From the NCBI RefSeq assembly GCF_009914755.1, contig NC_060941.1: DNA of 64,000 bases. The stretch is one strand, 5' to 3'. Source of the stretch: the human T2T-CHM13v2.0 reference genome, Homo sapiens. The notes under the pieces were generated by a model that was given only the letters and a program-made list of their open reading frames with translations, did no database searches and was not told where the DNA came from. Shown piece after piece: positions 15,281-36,714 of this stretch. The number at the start of each line of letters is the position of its first letter. The stretch's first letter is position 1. The position numbers were made by a program, and so were the translations under genes.

Positions 15281-17037
15281 CTGGAGGAAAACAGAGATGA
15301 AGATGCATCTGAAACAGTGCTAAGTTATTAACACACATGGTACACCTCCAAGCTCCCACTCACTTCTGAGATTCTTTGATTTAGAAAAAAGCCACAGACA
15401 AATTCTGGTAGAATCTGGAGTAAGAGCTGGAAGGGTCCTTAGAGGTTATTTAGGTGAATCCCTTCCTTATGCATATGGGGAAACTGAGGCTCAGAAGCTG
15501 TGATCATACAGTAATAGAAGACATCCAAATGAGCGATAGCAATTTCTCCTATAACATCCCAGACTTGGTTTTAATCCCGTGTTGGCCTGAATTGTATCCC
15601 TGGTGAACTAACCAAACCCCTTGCTAGATAGCTTGAACTATTTAGCACCTCCTTGTCTGAGCAGAAATCTACTTCCTTGTTCTTGTTTAGCCTTCTAGAC
15701 TGGCACCAACCAAAGGTGTATGTTCTGGATTTGGATGTCAGAATCTAGAATCAAGATCAAGCAATCTTAGGACATGGGAATAACAAATTAATTTTAACAG
15801 AAAAAACAGACAACGACAAAAATGAAGGGACTTAAAAATTGCTTTGCAAAGGAGAGAAAGGGGAAGTTCACAGCAGCTCGCATGTACAAGGCCTGAGAGT
15901 CTGAGCAGGCTCTAAGTTCAGTGTGATCTCACAGTTCAGGGAGGTGGGCACAGGGGAGGGAGTTCAGGTTGTGGTACCAGGAGCACCGGGTCCATGTAGG
16001 TGGAGAAAGGAGGGTGTTTACATGCTCTCTGCTGACTGGACAGTCCAGGGGTCAATTCTGACTCATTCCCACACTGGAGCATCTACTGAGGGAGGTGACT
16101 GGATGGCAAAGAATTTACAAACCAAAATAGAAGAGGAATGATGGAAGGAGCTGAGATGTCTAACTTGCATAACAAGAGTCATCAGGAATGCTATGACCAC
16201 AGTCTTTGAGAATCTAAATGGCTTTTTAGATTTAAGGGGAAGGAGATAGACTTTTTCTATGAGTTCCAAGGGACAGAATTAAGACTGATAAGAGGCAGAG
16301 ATTGGCTTAACATGAGGAAAAAGATAACATTGCTACGATTTGTTAAGGATTACTGCATGAGGCATGTATAGACATCGCTTTGTTTAATCTTTCCAGCATT
16401 CCTACAAATTAGTCATTATGATCCTCTTTTTACAGACGAGGGACTCAAATGAATTAAGTAATTTTCCCAAGGTCACTCAGCAAGTAAGTGCCAGAGTGGG
16501 ATTTGAATCCAGGTCTGAAGCTGGGGCTGGTTAGTTCTCCATCTGTGGTTGCACCCAAGCCAGGATTCAGTAAAGCCCATCCTCTTTCCACTACACTGTG
16601 AAGCCAGCTTGTTGCAGCTCAGAGGTAGATTCACCATTTTTTGAGAGCTGACTAGGGATGGTTGTCCTAGAAGGACTGTTTGGGGGTTTGGGTTCTTAGA
16701 TTGTTGGTACTAGACTAAGAGTCCATAAATTTTCTCTATCCCAGAAAATTTATTATTTGATTTCCTCTTGTCTACCTCAAAAATACTGAGCGATACAGGG
16801 GAGAGTATCTGAAATTGCCAAATCGGTTTAACCCATACGACCATATGACTATCTAGGTCTTATTCTTCCACCTCACACCCAAACTATCATGAGAAACTTA
16901 GCTAAAAGCTTTGTGTATGTCGACATCTGTTAATTCAAGGGCACTGTGAAGACACCATTGTGCATGGGAGAGAACATAAATTTTAGAGGGTCAGATTGAG
17001 TCAAGTTTAAATTCTAGTCATAACAACTGTTATGTAA

Positions 17038-17684
<647 letters not shown>

Positions 17685-17899
17685 TCATCTTGCATGGAAG
17701 GTCTTTCCCCACCTGACACCTTCTTGGCCCTGCTTGGCTCCATAAGGACACTCTGATGATCCCTGTACTGAAATCAACCATCACCTTCAGACATTGCTCT
17801 TTTCCCAATTTTCCACAGAAGGATGAGGACACAACTGAGTACCTCACGGGTAAGTCAGGGCTTGTCCTTAAACGTAGTGCTCATAATCCTAAGCCAGAT

Positions 17900-20260
<2,361 letters not shown>

Positions 20261-20537
20261 TTTCAAACACCCTTTACTGAGACACCCCATGGTTCCCCAT
20301 AATATGTGTTCTGCCACTGCAATGATTAATAAAGCCAGTATGTTCAACTACAGGTTTGTTCCTGGTGGTCTGGACTGAAGGACATTGATGACCTATAGCC
20401 CAAACACTTCCCAGTGCCCCCAAGTCAAACCCCATCATCCTTCACATCCTGCATGTGATCCTCCCTCCTCCGAACTTTCTTTCTCCTAGTCTTGGAAGCA
20501 TTCCCACTTTCTCTAAATCCCACTCACTTTCTGTTCA

Positions 20538-20777
<240 letters not shown>

Positions 20778-21093
20778 CTACAGAACATAGGGAACAATGA
20801 TTAAGGGAGGCTTCTGCCCCGTGGAATGTGGTTTGAATAGGGGGGATGGTGCATCTGTGTGTTTGTGTGGACAGAGTGGGGCTATATCACCCCTGCCTCC
20901 CTCCCCCCATGCACTGCTACAGAGACAGCCCGCACTTGGTCTTTGATGTCTTCAGGATAGGAATAGGGTTATTGTTAGGGAAGTTAGAATGAGGAAAGGC
21001 TACAGTTTTAGGCATGGAGGACTCCAATCCTTTGATTCCTGGACAGGGGCCGTAAGAAACTGTCCAAAGATCAGTGATTGATCAATGAACCTA

Positions 21094-22349
<1,256 letters not shown>

Positions 22350-24607
22350 CCCAGCATGGGGAAGAGGGCATTTCTAGGCCTGGGGCCTTTGGAGGCTGTG
22401 GGAAATTGTGCCACCAGGTGGGAGCACTTAGCAGTGCTGAACTCCTAAGTGGAGCTCAAGGATCACCCTTGAGCCAAACTTATACGCAAACCCAGCCCCT
22501 GGCCCTGGAGCTGGGAAAGATATAGAACCTCTAGTTGCCTGTGCTGGTGTGGATTCTCTATGAGAGACCATTGAGTGATGCTGGAAGGTTTGACTAGGCA
22601 GGTAGAGAACAAGGAGGAGGAAGGGGCAGTAGGAACATAGAGTGACCAAGGTGTTTGGCCACTCACTATTCAAACTCTTCTTTTTAGGAAGAGCCTCCTC
22701 CTCCAGCACTGTGTGGGTCTTGGCAGGAGGCAAGCCAAGCCCCCCACTCAGGATGCTACTACTCCCTGGCAGCAAGGACACAGGTGTGTGACCAAGACTT
22801 GACTAAGTGGTTGTCTCTAACTGGGACCTCAAGTCTAGAGGGGTGAAACAGATGCAGAGAGAGAGAATTCTGGCAGTAGCAGTTGGGTGAAGAGTCCAGT
22901 GAGAGGCAGGTGTGGTGGTGCACACTCATAATTCCAGCTACTTAGGAGGCTGAGGTGGGCGGATCACTTGAACCCAGAAGTTCAAGGTTGCAATGAGCTA
23001 TGAGTGTGCTGCTGCATTCTAGCCTGGGTGACAGAGTGAGACCCTGTCTCAAAAACAAAAAACAAAAAACAAAAAACAAAATACCAGAAAGAAAGAAAAA
23101 GAGCCCAGTGGCTCCTGGGCAGGAGGGTCCTACAGTAGCTGTCTCCGTATTTTCTGCCGCCTGTCTCCGTATTTTCCTGATGTGACCTTGGCTCTGCCCT
23201 TGGTTTCTCTGAGTCATTGGGTCACTATCTTCCCCCCCGCTTAGATTTGTTGCATAACCTTTTGCTAAGTCTATGAGTTAGTCAATAACCTTTCAATGTA
23301 TCCCTTTTCTGCTTAAATCAGCCAGAATTGGTACCTTTGATTGCAGTCTCTGACCAGCGCCAGGCAAGGACATTGAAGTTACAAGAGAGCTTGAGGGATG
23401 AATACTGGTAATGGGAGAGACACTGGCCTAGGGATCAGAGGTCCCAGCTCCATCCCTGCATTGCCTGGTAACTGCTGCAATGCAAGTGGTTTCTGGGCAA
23501 CAAGGCATCCAGCAAGCTGGACAAAGCCCTTAGTCAGATGTCAATCCCAGAAGGGTCCATGAAGACCATTACTTAAGTTTTGTCATTTAACTGCGTTTTT
23601 GGGATGAAAATAAAGTCACAGTGGTATCTATCATCTGAAAAAATGAGGAAGAATTCACCTATGAATCTTACCAATCAAACAATACAACTATTCTTTTTTT
23701 ATTTTTGACACGGAGTCTAGCTCTGTCACCGAGGCTGGAGTACAGTGGTGTGATCTTGGCTCACCACAGCCTCCGCCTCCTGGGTTGAAGTGATTCTCAT
23801 GCCTCAGCCTCCCGAGTAGCTGGGACTACAGGCATGCACCACTGCGCCTGGCTTTTTAGTAGAGATGGGGTTTCACCATGTTGGCCAGGCTGGTCTTGAA
23901 CTCCTGACCTTAGGTGATCCACCTGCCTCGGCCTCCCAGACCGCGCCTGGCCACAGTATAACTATTCTTAGCATGGGACGCCTGCATTACAGTCTTTCTC
24001 TGCGGCAACACCTTTTCCTATTTTTATTGTAGTCCATGATACTTTGTCTCTTGTTTCCTGTGACAGTTTAACTTGCTGCAAGGATGTCAGACCATTTAAT
24101 TACCACAGTATATGATCCCTGCTAGTGGATGCACCACCCTGTGATTCAGCCTGTTTCTCATTTCAGTGTTGAGTTTGCTTCCAACTTTTCACCATGATAA
24201 ATAGCACCTGCAATGCACATATTCTGCAGAAAGCTTCTATTTCCCTTGTGTTATTGCCTTGAAATCAATCAGTACCAAGGGATGAGGAAAGCGTGTGAGA
24301 TGGTATGACCTCCTTCACTCCCCAGTTGCTTCTCCAAGAGGCGATGCTGGTTTGCGTTGCCATCACTGGCACTAAATGGATGGTCTCATCCTGACCTCCA
24401 AAGCACTGGAATGTCTTCACATGTCAGTTGAGGGAGCTGAAATCCTGGGAGGAAAGTGCTTTTTCCAAGGCCACACAACCAGCCATGGTCCTAGGACCAG
24501 ATCCCAGGATTCTGACCACAGTCTGGAGCACTAACAGACGCTCGGTGCCACTTGAATTTTTGCTGAATTCCAGAAGGTGCTGGGTGTCTCCAACTTACCT
24601 TCTTGCT

Positions 24608-24692
24608 AGGGTGACCAACTGTCCATGCTTGCCCAGGACCGAGAGGGCTCCTGGGGGTGCAGGACTGTCAGTGTTAAGATGAGCTGGTCACC
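24608..24692. mobile_element. MER94/MER81-like hAT-Blackjack MITE
   Basis: Terminal inverted repeats agggtgacca...tggtcaccc. Confidence 0.6.
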
Positions 24693-25744
24693 CCCCTTCT
24701 TGCACATACTGCCCTTTCCATAGATTGTGGTAGAGTCACCTCATCCAAACCTGACAGTATATTTGTGCTGATAGATTGGAGAGAGAAGGGAAGCAATGGG
24801 GAAGACTGTGGTCTGAAGGAGAAGAAGGTTGAGTGTTGACTGGAGGAAGTCTCACTGGCAGAAAGACCTACGCTGCCTTTGGCTGGTTGCACCAGAAAAA
24901 TTTAGAAAAAGCTATCATGAGGTAGGCATGTTTCTGTGGGTCTGGGGTCCAGGGCTTTGCATCTGCTTATTACACAAAAGCTTACTGAGTACGGACAATG
25001 TGCCAGCCCCTGTGGATGTAGCTGTGAACAGGAAAGACATGGGCACTGCAATTCCAGAGCTTGTGGCCCAATGGGGAATACAGACAGCAAATAGAACAAT
25101 GGCTCAAAGCATGACAAGTGCTCCGCCAATGGAAGCCTGTCAGCTCCTTCCTCCTTTCCCAGCCGCATGCCCGGTGTTTGCCTTGGGACATTGCTGCTCC
25201 TGCTGTCCAGGAGCCTGGGGACTCTCCCTCCTTTAGATGCTGCCCTTGGGCCTGTGGCCTGATGCCTGGCCGTGCCCTTCCTGCTGAGTGTGTGTGGTCA
25301 GCACCTTCCAGGCTCAGGTGAGCTGTTGAGGGGCACAGTGGCTCTCCTACTCAAGCAGGGACAGTGGGACCCACATCACATGAAGGTAGGGCACTAGAGG
25401 GTTGTCTAGCAGAGCAGCTAAATGATAGGGACTGCCTGGCTTTGACTCCCAGCAAGGGTTCTTACCAACTGTGGGACTCTGAGCAGATTACTTGCCCTCT
25501 CTGTGCATCATCTGTAAAGTGGGGCTGATAACAGCATCCCCCTCCCGGTGTCACTGTGCAGATTGACTGGGTTTGTGTCTATAAAGCCCTGGGGATAATA
25601 AGGACCACTTGCTCGTATTACAGATAAAATGCAGCTTGACCAATCTATCCACCTGGCTGTGGTGGTTCCTTCTGTTTCTTCCTCAAACAACTCGGCCCAG
25701 TCCTCTTGGTAACTCTTGGGGTCTGGGAAGAAAAAGCTACTAAA

Positions 25745-26043
25745 TTTTTTTTTTTTTTTGAGACAGAGTCTTGCTCTGTCACCCAGGCTGGAGTGCAGTG
25801 CACGATCATGACTCACTGTAGCCTTGACCTTCCAGGCTCAAGTGCTCCTCTCACCTCAGCCTCCTGAGTAGTTGGAACTACAGGTGCGCACCACCATGCC
25901 TGGCTAATTCTTCAATATTTTTTTGTGGAGATGGGGTCTCACTATGTTGCCCAGGCTTGTCTCAGACTCCTGGGCTCAAGTCATCCTCCCGTTTCTGCCT
26001 CCCAAAGTGTTGGAATTACAGGTGTGAGCCACTGCACCCAGCC
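25745..26043 (-). mobile_element. AluJ-like
   Basis: Diverged reverse-complement dimer. Confidence 0.85.
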
Positions 26044-26149
26044 ACTAAGGTATTTTGAATATCCATTTTGCTTAATCTGAGTTTTGGGACTCTATATTGT
26101 TATACGATTCAGTAAGTGTTGGTTCCAGGAAGACAACAGTTTTGAGGCC

Positions 26150-27990
26150 TGAGGGATACCACTGTGGTTTCCAGCCATCTCATCTGGTTGAACTCCTGAG
26201 TAGGTGGGCAGGGGGAGGGAGTGGGAATGGGGCGAGACCCCACTCAGGTGTCTGTGTGAAGTGTTCTTGTTCCCACAGGCAGCACAGAGAGGAGCAAGTG
26301 TGACAAAAATGAGGGAACTCACTTCCTCTTGGAGGGAGGGTTGTGTGGAGAGCAGAGGTCTGTGTGTGCTGAAGGAGATGGGTGGGTGGGGGAACGAAGG
26401 ACCCGAAGGACAAGGCCAGCTTCATGGATGTGTGGCCTGTGCAGTCACACAGGGTCCTGAGCTCAGCAGGGCTTGGTGCTTGGTTTCATGTTTGGTGGTC
26501 TTGACATTCTTAATCATTTTTGAATGAAGAGCTCCGCGCTTTCATTTTGTGCTGGGCCCTATGACTGCTGGAGCTGGTCCTGCAGGAGGGTGAGAATGCC
26601 CATTGCCACGGTGATGAAGCTGAGAGGCTGAAAGCCTCAAGCTCTAGCTATAGTGGGAGAAAACTCACCATGGAAAGTTAATGACTCATCACCCGTTCAG
26701 CGACGACAGTGATGAAGCACCAGTGCCCAAGTCCTAAATCAGACCCTGTGTCAGGCAGTGAGGTCATCGTTTCCAGGGCAATGAACAGCTGCAGCCCAGA
26801 CAGCAGGCAGCAAGCATTTCTGGAAGGGGCCCTGCCCGGCCCCAGGGATTGGTTTCCTGGCTGGTCACAGCTAGCTAAAAGCAGCCTCTGTGCATTTTGC
26901 CTCTTGTTCTGTGGCAGGGGTGTCCAATCTTTTGGCTTCCCTGGGTCACATTGGAAGAAGAAGAATTGTCTTGGGCCACACATGTAAAATATACTAACAC
27001 TAATGATAGCTGGTGAGCTTTAAAAAATTCGCAAGAAAGTCTCATAATGTTTTAAGAAAGTTTACGAATTCACGTTGGGCTTCATCGAAAGCCATCCTGG
27101 GCCGCATGTGGCCCACAGGCCGCAGGTTGTACAAGCTTGTGTACGGAGTCCAAAGGGAGTAAATCCTATCTGGCCACAAGGTGAGGCTCAGAATTTGGTC
27201 TAGAGAAGGCTAGTGGGACATGGGCTTGGGCAGGACTGGGGAGGGGTAGGGGTGTAGCTCTTAGCCTGGGATAAACAGGACTTGGGATAGAATCCCAACT
27301 CTGGAAGAGGGTCTTCACCTCTCTCGGCTTCAGTTTCCTCACTGGTACACCAAGGGAAAACTGTAGTGCCTAATTTCCCGGTTCATTATGAAAAAAGAGA
27401 TGATATTAATATATACGGAACTACCTTGCATGGTTCCAGGCACAGGATGCTCAGTTATTGTTCACAGTTCTTATTGGCCAAGTTCCAGTGCCACAAAGGA
27501 CAGTGCCACAAGCACAGTGAATTCATTCCTATTCTGATTTGGCTGTCAGCCTGGCAGGCTTCAGCTAGATGCCTGTGCACTCGGAGGGTCACCCAATTCC
27601 TTGGACAAATCCCGTCTCCCAGGCCCACTTGATGCACGCAGGAGACTGAGCAGGGCATGGCCTGGGAGTCCTCACAATGGGGAGGGCCAGCTCATCCACC
27701 TCTGAGAGTGGGGAATGAGGGGGCGCTGGAGCAGGACCTGAAGGCAGACTTTGTCCCCTCGGGCCCTGGTGGTACATTCTGGCTCCAGACCTTAGCTGCA
27801 TGAGGTTTCTCCTGGAATACCCTGGTTAGAGCAGGGAGTGGTGGTGCAGCCCTGAGCATCCCAGGTTGGGGCAAGCCAAGTTCTTTTGCTGCTGGTCATG
27901 GGCAGAGCTACGACAGAGCTGAGCCCACTGACTCTATTAGCCAGGCCCCTCTCTTCTTGATAGAGTACCTGGGGATCCCTGGCCACGGTC
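26150..27990 (-). repeat. Ancient local duplication, copy C (NLRP1 intron 12), carrying MER45A (26411-26582) and MER30 (26915-27139)
   Basis: Colinear with the reverse complement of 3310-6140 and directly with 12290-12563. Confidence 0.8.
26915..27139 (+). mobile_element. MER30 hAT-Charlie DNA transposon
   Basis: caggggtgtccaatcttttggcttccctggg...ggttgtacaagcttg. Confidence 0.85.
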
Positions 27991-28849
27991 TCACTTGTGG
28001 AAGAGGCAGGCTGGTTGTGGTAGTGGCTGTGTTCATTACTCTATAGATTGCCCGGTGGGAACAAGTAACTTGTCCCAGCTTCTTGTTTCAGCCATCAGTT
28101 TCCTCTCCTCAATCTCTTCCTTTCTAAATGGACCTCTACAATTCCAGAGCTGTCTTGCACCTCTTCCCTCTATTCTGTTTTAGTCTGGGACCTTCCCTAG
28201 GGAATGCCCATATGACCCTGACTGTTCAACCAGGTGCCCCAGGGATCCTGAGGCCCCCGGGACTCTATTTCCCTGCCCCATGCTCTCCTCCTGGTGTGCA
28301 GCTTGAATTGTTTACTGAACTTTTGTGGCCTCAACAAACAAGACTTTCCTGGTTCTGGGTACTGAGCAGTTCCCTGCTTTTTATTTTTCTCATTTGATTT
28401 TTCTCTTTCTACTAGCTTCTAAATAATTTTTCTTATATATATGCCTTGATTACCTTAATATATGCATACTGTAAAGTTAATACCTTTATTTTGAGGTGAT
28501 ACTAAAAATACATTGAACTACTGGGATGATACTACAACATATCAACTAACAAATGAGAAATTAAAAATAAATTCTCATTTACCTCTATTCCTGGGAAATA
28601 AAGAAATTAAGACAAGAAAAAATATTAAAAACCCATTTAATATCTAGCTAAACTGTACAAATCATAAAAGTGCTTATAACTGATGTAAGCTATAACATAA
28701 ATTGTTTATCAAATCATTTTATCAGCAATTAAATGAAGCTTCTATTGGAGTCATGATTTGACATGGGGACACATCAGATTCTTCTAACTTGCTCACTAAA
28801 TTGACAGACATTGGCTGGGCACAGTGGCTCACACCTATAACCCTTTCTT

Positions 28850-29750
<901 letters not shown>

Positions 29751-30185
29751 ACTATCTTCTATGGGAAGCCCCTGTTTCATGGCTCCAGCTCTCAGATGGC
29801 GTCTGATGACACTGTTTCTTCTCCCTGCCTGTAGGAGTAGTGATGGCTTCCTATTGTTGCTAGTCCCTGTTGCCCCAACATTCTTCGTTAGTTCACTTAG
29901 CCTTACTTTGTAAATGGTCCTGTCTTTGAAAAGCTTCTTCAAAAATCTCAACTGAGCATATCATCTCTTTCCTGCTGGGACCTTGAGTGATACAGTCTAT
30001 ATAAATGACACTTAATAAAAACTTTCAAGTAAGTTTAGGCAGATATAATTATGAGGCTGGGAGATGTGTTTCAAAAAGATAAGTCCAGAGAAGAGTGGAA
30101 TGCAGGAAAATCTTAGTCCCCATCTCCATAACCCCCCCTCGGCCCCTCTAAGGAAGCCACAACACCCTCTCCCAGGAGATTATCA

Positions 30186-30656
<471 letters not shown>

Positions 30657-30904
30657 TCATTTAACCTTCCTGTTTTTGGTTTCCTCATCTGTAAGTAGGA
30701 GTAATTATAGCTCCCATCTCCTAGTTACGAGAATAAGTGACTTAATGCATGCTCACAGCTTAGTACACGCCTGGGAGCTGTGAACTGTTTCTACTATGTT
30801 GATGATGGCAATGATGGTAATGATGAAATAACAAGTGTTCGTATATGTAAGGGGCCTATTTAGCAATAATTAATAACAATATATGTGCTAAGATTATCTG
30901 TCTT

Positions 30905-30943
30905 GTCTTGTCTGTCTATCTATCTATCTATCTAATCTATCTA

Positions 30944-31000
<57 letters not shown>

Positions 31001-31292
31001 ATCTATGGAAATATGGTCTCACTCTGTTGCCCAGGCTGGAGCGCAGTGGCCCGATCTTGGTTCACTGCAGCCTCGAAATCCCTGGCTTAGGCAATTCTTC
31101 CACCTCAGCTCCCTGAGTAGCTAGGACTACAGGTACATGTCACCACGTCCAGCTAATTTTTTTGGTAATTTTTGTAGACACAAGGTTTTGCCATGTTGTC
31201 CAGGCTGGCCTTGAACTCCTGGACTCAAGTGATCCTCCTGCCTCGGTCTCTTAAAGTGCTGGGATTATAGGCATGAGCCACTATGCCTGGCC
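30905..31292 (-). mobile_element. AluJ-like with a (TCTA)n microsatellite tail (30905-31006)
   Basis: About 20 TCTA units abut the reverse Alu. Confidence 0.85.
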
Positions 31293-31658
31293 GTATGTGC
31301 TAATATTAATGCTAAACCCTTAGAATTGGAAACAACACTTTTATAGAGATCAGAAGTGATTTTCCCAAGGCTCCTCAGGTGGGTTAATAGTGGGTCCCGG
31401 GATGCCCCAGCTTCTGTAGGTGTGAGCTGGGAGTGACGCTGTCTCCTGGTTGAGATGATGTCTGTGGCAGTGTTTGGTGAGTGGTAACATGTTATATAAG
31501 AGATCGTGAGTATGACTATAGAGAATTACTACTAGTGCGACTGTAAGCCCTGGGAGGGCAGGGCTGCCATATTCATCTTAGGGTCCCCAGCTACTAGTAC
31601 AGTCCTTAGCTCATTAGTGGCTGTTAATAAAACAGGAGCATACAGATTAAGAGAGTTA

Positions 31659-32061
<403 letters not shown>

Positions 32062-32594
32062 CTATAAGAACATGTTTTAGACAATTGAGCAATTTGAATA
32101 TGGATTGGGGAGTAGATGAAATGAAAGACTTACTGCCAGCTTTGTCAGATGTGATATTGGCATTGTAGTTATGTTATGGAAGAAAAGGTTTTTATTTTTG
32201 TTTTTTGAGATGCGTAATGAAATATTTAAGGGTAAAATCACCCGATGTCTTGGATTTAAAATACTGTAACAATAACAAAGAGGGGGAAAGTGAACAGCTG
32301 AAACGAATTTGGCAAAACAGTGGCTGAAGCTGGGTGATGGGTACATGGAAGCTCCTTGTACTATTTTTGTATATGTTTGAAAATTTTAAGTTTCATAAGA
32401 AAACATCTTTTTCCATATGAAAAGCAGACACCCAGTGTCTCAGCCCTGTCTCTGCCTGTTGTCTTGGCAAGAGGAGGGGACCCAGTGGTGAGTGTGAGTT
32501 GGGGGTAGGGGGTGGCGCTGACTGTCTGTGGGGACCCAGGATGGGCAGTGGGGTGCGGGAGGCCAGCCTGGGACCAGCAGAGCCCCCTCACTCA

Positions 32595-33839
<1,245 letters not shown>

Positions 33840-33852
33840 TCAACTCCTCCTC

Positions 33853-34291
<439 letters not shown>

Positions 34292-34655
34292 CTAAGAGCT
34301 GATCACCTTGACAACACCTCTCAAATAGCTCTTCTTTCTATTGTCTTCTCTCCACCTCCATGACCTCCACCTGAGTCCCAGGCCCTGGCCTCTGTGGCCC
34401 GCACCACTGCAGCATCCTCTGAAAGGTCTCCCTGCTTCTGCTCGGGTCCCTCTGCCGCCCATTTTCTACACAGCAGCCAATCTTGAAATAGGAACCTGAC
34501 CCATCACTTGGCTGCTGCAACCCTGTAATGTCGCTTCATTGCTTCTGGGGGAAAATGGAAAGTTTTTAACATAGTCCAAAAGGGCTTGCCAGGGCCTCTG
34601 TCACCCTCCAATGTCACCTGGGCCACTTTTTCCTGGCTCACTGACCTCTAGTCCA

Positions 34656-35145
<490 letters not shown>

Positions 35146-35909
35146 TCCTGACGCCTGGCCTCCCATTCCTCCAGGAGGCTAAACTCTTTTCTCTCTCAGA
35201 GCCTCTACTTCTGCCTGGACTCCACCCCTTCTTGGGCCCAGCCAACCTGTCCTGTCTTTCAGACCTCAGCCCAGATCCTCTTGACCAGGTCAAATAGGCC
35301 CATAGGTGCACTCACACTGACCCCAGGTGCATTTGCGCAGACACTTCTGGGATAACCTGTGCCTGTCTCCCTGCTGGACTAAGCTCCTGGAGGTTGGGTT
35401 GTGTCTTTCTTGTTCACTGCTGTGTCCTTAGATCCCCAAACAGTGCCCGACACATAGTGGGTCTGCAGGGAATGTTTGTTCAATGAATAAATGGCTCCTC
35501 TTAAGCCTAGGAGCTGTTTTCCTTCCATTTCAGGTGAGCCACAGCAGCCAGGAACCTGGGGACAGATGAGCTTCATGGTCAGGTGGAAATGCACCCAACT
35601 GGGAGAATGTGGGAGCTGCAGCAGATTCCTCGGGGAAGGGAAGATGGACTTTCCTGGCCCCGGGGCTTGCCCCTCAAGTCAGGGGTGTGTGTGGTGGTGG
35701 TGGTGAGGGTGGTGGGTGACGGTGATGGCGAGGATGGTCTTTTTCCCAGGGCACAGGCGCTCTCTCTCTCTGTCTTTATCTCCCTCTTGTGATCATCGCT
35801 TTCATTGTTCCAAACCTTCTCTGTTCTTCATGGAAGGATTCCTGGACTAGAGGCCATTTGGTATCATGCTGTGCTGGGTCCAGGGGATTCGCTGGCTCAC
35901 CCACCCACT

Positions 35910-36400
<491 letters not shown>

Positions 36401-36624
36401 CCACTTACTTTTTCATGTTTTCCTTTCCTTGTTTGTCTAACGTTAAGAGTTGAAGCAAGGGGGGATTTGATTCTACTTGCACTGACAAGTGCACCTCACT
36501 CTGGCTGCTGTGGTGTCTGGGTTTCTCCCTGGCTGTGTTTGTCTCTCACCCCATGGCTCTTTCCCTGTCTCCTGCTCAGCCCTGGGCCTGGGTCAGCCAG
36601 AGGGAGTTCTGGGTCCCCCCTTAC

Positions 36625-36714
36625 CGTCTGCTGAAGATGAGCAGCTGAGGTTTCTCCTGCTCCAGGGCCCTCAGTTCCTGCCTCATCTCATCACTCAGAG
36701 TTGTCTGGTCCAGC
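36625..36714 (-). CDS. NLRP1: NLRP1 exon 8 (90 nt, last LRR/cap; skippable in frame)
   Basis: gctttcAG|GCTGGAC...AGACG|GTaag; [29 protein letters not shown]. Confidence 0.95.

Noticed and set aside
28440-28820. AT-rich unique-looking block inside an old L1 region
   Set aside because: It might be a retrocopied UTR or transposon fragment, but I cannot identify it without a search.
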